From Nanobdellota archaeon (GTDB lineage Bacteria; Patescibacteriota; Minisyncoccia; UBA6257; GWB1-50-10), in contig JAUYPG010000003.1 of NCBI GenBank assembly GCA_030695805.1, forward strand, positions 1-25,962: a DNA stretch of 25,962 nt. The letters are read 5' to 3'. This document shows, in pieces, positions 15,760 through 22,301 of this stretch; position 1 is the first letter of the stretch, and every line of letters begins with the position of its first letter. A program made the translations under genes and the position numbers. The notes below the pieces were generated by a model. That model had not been told where the DNA came from, did no database searches, and saw nothing but the letters and a program-made list of their open reading frames with translations.

Positions 15760-16827
15760 ATGAATGAAAGCAAGAATGGAAACGGAATAGATTACCTTAT
15801 CCGGCTAAACGAGGCCCACTCGAGCGAATTTGTAAGCCCGGAAATGACCCTCGCGCGGAGGCAGTATCGCGCCAAACACCCGACAGAAATCGGAGTTTTG
15901 AAATGCATGGATGGACGCCTGCACCTTCCCGTTATGACGAACACCGCGCTCGGCATCATCCAGCCGTGGAGGAATCTCGGCGGGCGTTTTGACCTCGGAT
16001 GGTATGGATTCGCCCTCTCCATCAAGGGGTGGGTGGACTACGCAATCGGCAGAGGTCGGGATGTCCTTATTATCGTTACCTACCATTTTGCCAAAGGAAA
16101 TTCTCATCGCGGATGCCGCGGTTTTAATTATGATGTGGAGGCCGCGAAGGCATTCACCTCTCGCCTGAAAAAACAATTCGACAGGGTTTTCGGCAAAGGC
16201 ACGGTCTACGCGATTCAGTGCGGGATAGAAACGGATTCGGACGCGCTCATCCTGCACGGCGAGCATGGAGAAATTGCGGATCTTTCACTCCTCGAGGATT
16301 TTTCGGAACCGCGCCTTGAACAATTGATCCGTGAACTCTACCCGGATATGCCGGAGGCGATAGCAAAAGATCTTCTCCCGCTTGCTTGCGGAAATGTGAA
16401 CCATGTTGCGGAGGTAAAAGATTCAAACCGCCCGATAGCCGATGTCGAACACAAGGAATGGGTTCTCGCGCTCGGGCGCGGATTCGACTGGCTGCACCTC
16501 ATAAACACCGGGCTTATCGTAGGTCCCTTTGATCCCGATTTCGCGGGCGCCATTGAAAAAGCAACCCTTATTCTCGAATCGAATCTTAAGGAAGGCAGGA
16601 TTGACGAGAAAAGTGGAGTCGTGCTTATGACCTCGGCGCCATACCGCGAGGCCTCTGGTCCGGAGCCCCGCCTTGCGGAAGAGAAGACCAGGTTTCTCAT
16701 GGACTTCGCTCTCGGGGTCATTGAAACCCGGGTTCCGAAGCTTATTTCCCACATCAGCCGCGTTTCCACAACCGTTGACATGAACACGCGCCGACTCCAA
16801 CTTATCGAACGGTTTGATAAGAAATAA
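15760..16827 (+). CDS. Beta-class carbonic anhydrase resembling carboxysomal CsoSCA
   Basis: KCMDGR (Cys-x-Asp-x-Arg), TYHF...HRGC (His and Cys Zn ligands), IETDSDALILH, EHKEWVLALGRGF. Start reassigned to MNESKN. Confidence 0.75.
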   Translation: MNESKNGNGIDYLIRLNEAHSSEFVSPEMTLARRQYRAKHPTEIGVLKCMDGRLHLPVMTNTALGIIQPWRNLGGRFDLGWYGFALSIKGWVDYAIGRGRDVLIIVTYHFAKGNSHRGCRGFNYDVEAAKAFTSRLKKQFDRVFGKGTVYAIQCGIETDSDALILHGEHGEIADLSLLEDFSEPRLEQLIRELYPDMPEAIAKDLLPLACGNVNHVAEVKDSNRPIADVEHKEWVLALGRGFDWLHLINTGLIVGPFDPDFAGAIEKATLILESNLKEGRIDEKSGVVLMTSAPYREASGPEPRLAEEKTRFLMDFALGVIETRVPKLISHISRVSTTVDMNTRRLQLIERFDKK

Positions 16828-17697
16828 TTATTCGATTTTTACATATCTTTTCGTGTACTCCGGATTTGTTCCGCAACACCCGCCGATTATCGTTGCGCCA
16901 AGTTTCTTCCATTTTGCGGCCTCTGCGACATAAAGCTCCGTATCGTCCTTATTTTTGAATTCCCACCCTTCTTTATCCGCGGGCCCTCCATCGCCGTTTC
17001 CGTAACCGCCAAATGGAATATTGGTGCATTCTTTTATTTTTTTTATGCTTTCCGTAATAATTTCCGGTCTGGCGCAATTTACGAGAAACGCAATCGGCCC
17101 GAGTGGCGCGAGCGCTTCAACCGCCTCTTTCCACGAACTTCCGTCGAATATATCTCCGCTTGTATCAGGCACAAAACTTATGGCAAATGGTTTTCCGGTT
17201 TTTCTGGCAGCGCACGCGGCAACCTCTGCCTCCGCAATCGTATTCATGGTTTCAATGAGGAAAAAATCAATCCCGAATCCCGCGAGCAGCTCCGCCTGTT
17301 CCCTATGTTCTTTTTCCAGTTCTTTTTCTGCGGGCACCAGGTTCGGGCGATAACAATCCTCAAGGGTTGTTGTGCAGGCCGCTATCCAAATTTTTCGGTC
17401 CGCGCCCGCCTCCTCAATGGCTTTTGTCGCGAGTTGTACGGCGAGCTTATTTATCCTTTCCGTTTCTTTTTCCAGTCCGACTTTCCGAAGCGTCCGCCTC
17501 TGCGTGCGGAAGGTGTTTGTGGTTATCACGTCTGCTCCGGCTTTTATGTAATCTTTGTGGATCTCTTTTACCAACTCCGGCTTCTCGAACAGCACTTTTG
17601 CCGACCAGAGCGGAAGGGTGGTGAGGCATCCGCGACGCTGTATTTCCGTGCCCATGGCACCGGACAAAAATGTGATTTTATTTTTGCTGAATATCAT
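16828..17697 (-). CDS. Homocysteine S-methyltransferase (HMT/MmuM family)
   Basis: GAMGTE, LWSAKVL...HKDYIKAGADVITTNTF, FLIETM, VNC and GGCCG Zn ligands. Start at MIFSKN. Confidence 0.92.
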   Translation of the reverse strand: MIFSKNKITFLSGAMGTEIQRRGCLTTLPLWSAKVLFEKPELVKEIHKDYIKAGADVITTNTFRTQRRTLRKVGLEKETERINKLAVQLATKAIEEAGADRKIWIAACTTTLEDCYRPNLVPAEKELEKEHREQAELLAGFGIDFFLIETMNTIAEAEVAACAARKTGKPFAISFVPDTSGDIFDGSSWKEAVEALAPLGPIAFLVNCARPEIITESIKKIKECTNIPFGGYGNGDGGPADKEGWEFKNKDDTELYVAEAAKWKKLGATIIGGCCGTNPEYTKRYVKIE

Positions 17698-17737
17698 ATT
17701 TTTTAGTTTAATGTTATTGGTTGAAAATTGAAGGTGG

Positions 17738-17761
17738 GGCGGCGGAAGCAAGTCCGCCGCC
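17738..17761. other. GC-rich hairpin between the Met methyltransferase and HMT genes
   Basis: Perfect 9-bp stem ggcggcgga/tccgccgcc. No immediate U-tract, so more likely an mRNA-stabilising hairpin or weak terminator. Confidence 0.55.
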
Positions 17762-17774
17762 TCGATGCTCTATG

Positions 17775-18614
17775 TCATGCGAGACGACCCTCGATGACGT
17801 AGATGTAATGATACACACTCTCCCTTAGGGAAAGGCGATGCGCGGCTTCCATGGCGCCAATGCACCCCTTCCCCTCGGGAGAAAGAAAGAACTCGAACCG
17901 ATGCTCCCCAGACATCTCCATTTCAGCGAGGGGCCGGAGGTCCGTCTGTGCGTGCTGACGGACTATCTCCTTGTGGATGACGCGCGGCTCGTACCCGCAC
18001 ACCACGAAGAGATTCGTGAGGCGCTTGATTCCGGGTCGTCCACCGAGGTTCAGGATGACACGGCCGTTTTTCGGAAGCGCCACTCCCTGGGCCTGTCGGA
18101 GGAGATCCTCGACAAGACCCAGGCCCAAAGAGTGGTTATGCCCAGGATGCTCCTCGGCATTGTAGTAGTGGGCAAGGGTGTCCCCCTCGCCCAATACCAC
18201 ATTCTTGGGGCACGGAACCTGAGGGATGCAACCGATGACGATGTCGGCCTTCGGGGGTGTATTACGTCCGCTTTTTACCAGATTCCACCTTCCAAACAAG
18301 GGGAAATCCCTTCCCTTAAGAAAATCCTCGAGTGGCGCGCTCGTGGTGAGGTTTTTCATCGCGAGTTTTGTACAACGCGCATCGTAGTCCGAGAAGATGC
18401 GTGTCGCACCCGGAAACCAGCGACGAAGGAGGATCTGTACGATCCCCGTTCCAACGCCGATTTCCCAAACGGTTTCGGTGGTGAGTTGTGCTTGTTTCAA
18501 CCCTCGGGCGAAAGTCCATGTCCATGCGTCTGGCATGAATGCCCACTCCGGAATTTCGATTTCTCCCTCGATCCCCTCGCGGAGATCTTCGGGAAGAAGC
18601 TCTTCGATCCTCAT
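17775..18614 (-). CDS. mmtN: Methionine S-methyltransferase (MmtN / plant MMT N-terminal domain homologue)
   Basis: FMPDAWTWTFARGL, EIGVGTG, VIGCIPQV, LGLGL, ILNLGGRPG, TDLRPLAEME...HRFEFF match my recalled plant MMT motifs (FMPEDWSFTFYEGL, VGCIPQI, FGLGL, IFNMGGRPG, TDISALVEIE...HRFEFF). AAGGAG RBS lies 8 nt before ATG 18614. Confidence 0.85.
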   Translation of the reverse strand: MRIEELLPEDLREGIEGEIEIPEWAFMPDAWTWTFARGLKQAQLTTETVWEIGVGTGIVQILLRRWFPGATRIFSDYDARCTKLAMKNLTTSAPLEDFLKGRDFPLFGRWNLVKSGRNTPPKADIVIGCIPQVPCPKNVVLGEGDTLAHYYNAEEHPGHNHSLGLGLVEDLLRQAQGVALPKNGRVILNLGGRPGIKRLTNLFVVCGYEPRVIHKEIVRQHAQTDLRPLAEMEMSGEHRFEFFLSPEGKGCIGAMEAAHRLSLRESVYHYIYVIEGRLA

Positions 18615-18716
18615 TCCCTTCACTCCTTATTGATAAGGTGCGGTTGCGGCGCCTGCTTCCCCATGGATTCTCCATGAAGTAGGCACCGTGCCACACCCCA
18701 TCTTTTTTCAAAGAAC

Positions 18717-18766
18717 CAAAAACAAAAAACAGCCCCGACAAGAGTCGGGGCTGTTTTTTGTTTTTG
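18717..18766 (-). terminator. Attenuator terminator (23-bp perfect inverted repeat, 4-nt loop)
   Basis: caaaaacaaaaaacagccccgac-tctt-gtcggggctgttttttgtttttg on the minus strand. Confidence 0.92.
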
Positions 18767-18770
18767 TACT

Positions 18771-18860
18771 TCAAAACCCCCGATTCTTGTCGGAATGTTG
18801 CATCATCATATCCATCATTATGCTCGTCGTTATTTTTTTGTGCGTTATGACGTTTTTCAT
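18771..18860 (-). CDS. Met-rich leader peptide (29 aa) of a putative attenuator
   Basis: MKNVITHKKITTSIMMDMMMQHSDKNRGF*; five ATG codons within codons 15-20, directly before the antiterminator strand. Too short for the ORF track. Confidence 0.8.
   Translation of the reverse strand: MKNVITHKKITTSIMMDMMMQHSDKNRGF
18778..18793 (-). promoter_or_regulatory. Antiterminator strand
   Basis: ccgacaagaatcgggg pairs 15/16 with ccccgactcttgtcgg inside the terminator hairpin. Confidence 0.8.
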
Positions 18861-18925
18861 TTTCAATATTCAGGATATCGGATATCTCTTCGAGCCTGAG
18901 GCTCTCAGAGCCGAATGGCCTGATT

Positions 18926-19969
18926 TTACATTTCCTCCCACGGGAGGCCGGGCTTGCCAAAGTGGCCGTAGACCGCGGTTTGCTTGTAGATGGGACGCCG
19001 CAGATTTAGGCGTTCAATAATCGCGCGCGGGCGGAAGTCGAAACGCTTTTTTATTTCTTCGGTCATGCTCTCTCCTTCTTCGTTTATTGCCTCCACCATA
19101 AGAGGATCCACGTGTCCTATGGCGTAGGCCACGGAAACCAGACATTTTTTCGCAAGCCCCTCTCTCACCATCTGCTTTGCGGCGTATCGGCACATATAAG
19201 CCGCGGAGCGGTCCACCTTTGTGGGGTCCTTCCCTGAAAACGCTCCGCCTCCATGCGGGATAAGGCCTCCGTAAGAATCCACCATAATCTTCCTTCCGGT
19301 TAGCCCTGCGTCGGCCTCAAATCCGCCCTGTACGAACTTGCCTGTGGGATTCACGAAAATCTCCACTCCTTCAATGTCGCCTATCACGGGCTTTATTAGT
19401 TTTTCTATGAGTTCTTTTCTGATTTCTTCCTGTGTAATGCTTTCTTTGTGCTGACAGCTTACGAGCACGATACGCGCCTTATCATTTTCAATTGTAATCT
19501 GTGCTTTGCCGTCCGGCAGGAGCCACGGAAGAACTCCGCTTTTTCGGAGATTCTCCAGGCCCTTTGTAAGATTATGAACGAGGACGATGCCTTTCGGCAG
19601 ACACTCCTCGGTCTCGTCCGTGGCATAGCCGTACATAATCCCCTGATCTCCGGCGCCGCCGGTGTCCACACCCATCGCAATGTCCGGCGACTGCGTTACG
19701 ATCTGAGTTATGATTTTTATATCGTCTTCGTACCCGATCTCCTTGTAGAGTTCGCGGGCTATGTTTTCATAATCGAGCTTCGCTTCCGTGGTAATTTCTC
19801 CTCCCAATACGAGAAGTCCGTGGGAGCCCATAGTTTCCGCGGCAACGCGACTTTTTGGATCTACGGCGAGGGCCGCGTCCAAAATCGCGTCCGATATCTG
19901 GTCGCAGACCTTATCCGGGTGGCCGGAGGTAACTGATTCGACTGTGTATATTTTTGGGACGTGTACCAT
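18926..19969 (-). CDS. metK: S-adenosylmethionine synthetase
   Basis: ESVTSGHPDKVCDQISD, GAGDQGIMYGYA, NPTGKFVQGG..ADAGLTGRKIMVDSYGG, GGGAFSGKDPTKVDRSAAY. Start at MVHVPK, after AAGGA. Confidence 0.97.
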   Translation of the reverse strand: MVHVPKIYTVESVTSGHPDKVCDQISDAILDAALAVDPKSRVAAETMGSHGLLVLGGEITTEAKLDYENIARELYKEIGYEDDIKIITQIVTQSPDIAMGVDTGGAGDQGIMYGYATDETEECLPKGIVLVHNLTKGLENLRKSGVLPWLLPDGKAQITIENDKARIVLVSCQHKESITQEEIRKELIEKLIKPVIGDIEGVEIFVNPTGKFVQGGFEADAGLTGRKIMVDSYGGLIPHGGGAFSGKDPTKVDRSAAYMCRYAAKQMVREGLAKKCLVSVAYAIGHVDPLMVEAINEEGESMTEEIKKRFDFRPRAIIERLNLRRPIYKQTAVYGHFGKPGLPWEEM

Positions 19970-19981
19970 TATGCTTCCTTT

Positions 19982-20072
19982 CCAACACGAATGACGCGAA
20001 TAGAACGCGAACAACACGAAAACGCAATAACGTTCGCGTTGTTCGTGATGGAGTTCGTGTTATTCGTATTGG
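19982..20072. repeat. Long imperfect inverted repeat built from cgaa-containing short units, in the metK leader
   Basis: Outer arms pair 18/19 (with G-U); inner arms aacgcgaac/gttcgcgtt. Confidence 0.6.
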
Positions 20073-20077
20073 TCTTT

Positions 20078-20105
20078 AAAATAAATATACTTCCCGCAAA
20101 GGAAG
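20078..20105 (-). terminator. Riboswitch expression-platform terminator
   Basis: cttcct-ttgc-gggaag followed by tatatttatttt. Its 5' arm (atcttcc) can alternatively pair with ggaaagat of the aptamer. Confidence 0.65.
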
Positions 20106-20115
20106 ATTCGACTGA

Positions 20116-20221
20116 TTATCTTTCCCTTGTGGGGTCCGAAGGAGCACCTTTCCCCTCGAGTCACCTCGGGGCGGTTGCTGTGCGGATCGTTGGGTCGGTT
20201 CCCTCCCCGCGCTCTTGATAA
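20116..20221 (-). ncRNA. SAM-I (S-box) riboswitch aptamer
   Basis: TTATCAAGAG...GGAGGGA..ACCC..CAGCAACC...GGTGC...GAAAGATAA; P1 ttatc/gataa, P3 gcaacc/ggtgc, P4 ccc/ggg; upstream of metK. Confidence 0.92.
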
Positions 20222-20239
20222 CTATGAAATTGTAGCGTA

Positions 20240-20267
20240 ATTATATACGACTTTTATTTCGTGTCAA
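20240..20267 (-). promoter_or_regulatory. Consensus sigma70 promoter TTGACA-16-TATAAT
   Basis: Perfect hexamers, 18 nt upstream of the riboswitch P1. Confidence 0.85.
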
Positions 20268-20299
20268 CTTACCTGTGGAAAAGTTGCGAGTTCGTTCTA

Positions 20300-20328
20300 T
20301 TGACGATGATTTTCTGCAAGAGTAACGT
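20300..20328 (+). promoter_or_regulatory. Promoter TTGACG-17-TAACGT
   Basis: Divergent from the metK promoter and upstream of the 48-aa ORF. Confidence 0.55.
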
Positions 20329-20378
20329 GTGATTAGTACCGGTGAGAACAACGTAGGGGCTCTCTGGAGGGAAAAATC

Positions 20379-20525
20379 ATGTCCGTTTCTTTTGACCCCG
20401 GGGTTGTGTACCCCCTGTTTCTCTTTTTCGCGTTAATTCTTGGGGCGCTTTTTCTTCGGCGCGGGCAACGTGCGCGAAAGAACTTTCGCCGCACCCGAGA
20501 GTCCCTCAAGAATGGTGGCAGGTAA
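20379..20525 (+). CDS. Small single-pass membrane protein (48 aa)
   Basis: MSVSFDPGVVYPLFLFFALILGALFLRRGQRARKNFRRTRESLKNGGR*; GGAGG RBS, own promoter and downstream hairpin. Not in the ORF track. Confidence 0.65.
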   Translation: MSVSFDPGVVYPLFLFFALILGALFLRRGQRARKNFRRTRESLKNGGR

Positions 20526-20539
20526 TGCCACCTCGTAGC

Positions 20540-20564
20540 GGCCCCTTGCGAACAACGAGGGGCC
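20540..20564 (+). terminator. Hairpin between the small ORF and the pgi/pmi stop
   Basis: ggcccct...aggggcc followed by ttgctatttttt. Confidence 0.55.
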
Positions 20565-20567
20565 TTG

Positions 20568-21542
20568 CTATTTTTTCATAAGTTCCTTGAACTCCTCTAC
20601 CATGGGAACTCCTTCCGACTCCAGGCCGTAGAGTTCGGCGGTATAGAGCGCGGTCCAATCCGCGAGGAGGAGGGAGGAAAAAATTTTTTCGAAAGTGGAA
20701 CTCCCTTTCAATTCTATCGTACGCGCCGGAAGTCCCCTCTCTTTATAAAGCTCCTCCAGTGCGTCCATTCGCTTCCCAATTCGCGGGTGGTCGCTTTTGT
20801 CCCGCAATAACATAAACGCGAATTGTTTTGAAAGATGTTTTGACGAGTCCTTCACGTCGAACCCGGTCATTTCGTTGTGATTCAATTCCGGTATTGCGTT
20901 GCAGAAGGCCGGAATTTTGCCGGTTTCGTTGAACTTGATTTTCCAGATATACGCGACTGGTTCGTTTCTTGTCGAGGAGTAGATGACTGGAATTTTATTT
21001 TTTAATTCTTCCGCCAATTTCTTTCCGGTTCCTTCAAATGTTTTAGGATGAAGGGTTTTCGCGAGCTCTCCCGCCTCTTGCAGGGCCTCTTCCTCGCCCA
21101 TCAGTTTTAAGAACGCTTTGAAACTGAAGCCAAGCGCGGATCGGGGCTGGATGCCGGTCTCGGGGAGCACAACGTATGGAATTTTTTTCTTTTTCGCGAG
21201 ACCCAAGAGCTTGCCGCCGGTCGTGATGACGGCGCACGACAACCCCTTCTCTTCCGCCTGTTCGAAAGCGTCCAACACCTCTTCGGTGTTTCCCGAATAA
21301 GAACTTAATATGATAAGCCGCTCTTTCAACTCCTCATCCGAACGCGCGGGGAGGCCGTAGTCGCGGTGGATTATGATATCAAGATAGGGGTTCCATACCC
21401 TCAAAAGCCCTGCCGCGAGGTGGGAGCCGCCCATGCCAACCACGACGAATTTGCGTGAAGACGCAAAGGAATCGGCGTTCTCAATTTCTGGCTTGAATAA
21501 GAACTGCTCCGCGAAATTCTCTATGGCGGTTTTCATCGACAT
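20568..21542 (-). CDS. Bifunctional phosphoglucose/phosphomannose isomerase (SIS domain)
   Basis: GMGGSHLAA, SSYSGNTEE, IQPRSALG, KFNETGK, ELNHNEM. Confidence 0.9.
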   Translation of the reverse strand: MSMKTAIENFAEQFLFKPEIENADSFASSRKFVVVGMGGSHLAAGLLRVWNPYLDIIIHRDYGLPARSDEELKERLIILSSYSGNTEEVLDAFEQAEEKGLSCAVITTGGKLLGLAKKKKIPYVVLPETGIQPRSALGFSFKAFLKLMGEEEALQEAGELAKTLHPKTFEGTGKKLAEELKNKIPVIYSSTRNEPVAYIWKIKFNETGKIPAFCNAIPELNHNEMTGFDVKDSSKHLSKQFAFMLLRDKSDHPRIGKRMDALEELYKERGLPARTIELKGSSTFEKIFSSLLLADWTALYTAELYGLESEGVPMVEEFKELMKK

Positions 21543-21551
21543 GCGCTTTTT

Positions 21552-21586
21552 AGGAAGTCCGACTTCCAGCGGATGTCGGACTTCCT
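21552..21586. repeat. REP-like hairpin
   Basis: Perfect 12-bp arms aggaagtccgac/gtcggacttcct. Confidence 0.7.
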
Positions 21587-21589
21587 CGT

Positions 21590-22300
21590 TTACTTCGTGA
21601 GCTTCTTAATTACTTGATACGCTTCGTCCGCGTTATCCACCAGATAATAGATATACATGTCTCCCTTGTCTATCGCCTTATTTTTTTTGTACACCACCTC
21701 CTCGATGTATTTCAAAAGCGGCGTCCAGAACTCTTTGTTTACCAAAATAATAGGAATTTGGGGAATTTTTTTCGTCTGTACAAGCGTTATCATCTCAAAA
21801 AATTCATCAAGAGTTCCGAACCCTCCGGGAAAAAAGATGTACAAGTCAGACGCGAAGGAGAGCATTACCTTGCGCGTAAAGAAGTAGTGAAACGCCTCTG
21901 AATCCGTCACATATTTGTTCGTGCGCTGTTCTTTCGGGAGCTGGATGTTTATTCCCACGGAGTCCCCGCCCGCCTCATACGCTCCCTTATTCGCGGCCTC
22001 CATGACGCCGGAGCCGCCGCCCGTCATGACCGCGTACCCGTCCTTCGCGAGGCGCGCCGCGAGCTCAGCCGCTTCTTTATACACGCTGGCGTCGAAACTG
22101 CTCCTCGCGGACCCGAAGAAGGTTACCGCCTTCTTGTATTTTCGAATAAACTCAAACCCTTGGACAAATTCGGAGAGTATCTTGAATATCCTCCACGATT
22201 CTATCTCGTGTGAATGGATGCCAAGCGCCTCCTGTATGCGCTTTGGAAGAATTCCATTTGTTCCGTTTTTGCCGTTCCCTTCTTTTTGTGTTCTAGCCAT
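21590..22300 (-). CDS. LOG family (TIGR00730-like) nucleotide monophosphate phosphoribohydrolase
   Basis: AVTFFGSAR, TGGGSGVMEAANKGA, FFTRKVML, PGGFGTLDE. Confidence 0.92.
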   Translation of the reverse strand: MARTQKEGNGKNGTNGILPKRIQEALGIHSHEIESWRIFKILSEFVQGFEFIRKYKKAVTFFGSARSSFDASVYKEAAELAARLAKDGYAVMTGGGSGVMEAANKGAYEAGGDSVGINIQLPKEQRTNKYVTDSEAFHYFFTRKVMLSFASDLYIFFPGGFGTLDEFFEMITLVQTKKIPQIPIILVNKEFWTPLLKYIEEVVYKKNKAIDKGDMYIYYLVDNADEAYQVIKKLTK

Positions 22301-22301
22301 A

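Noticed and set aside
17775-18614. DMSP biosynthesis cluster
   Set aside because: No SMM decarboxylase, aminotransferase or aldehyde dehydrogenase is adjacent; the neighbour is an HMT. Such genes could still lie outside the window.
18637-18697. SRP RNA or a second SAM riboswitch
   Set aside because: GGAAGCAG is present but the CAGG...GNRA helix-8 partner is not. GGTGC and GCAACC occur in the wrong order for SAM-I.
18316-18960. 214-aa minus-strand track ORF spanning the metK-mmtN gap
   Set aside because: It crosses the terminator and runs out of frame into mmtN, with no recognisable motifs. The short Met-rich ORF in another frame explains the region better.
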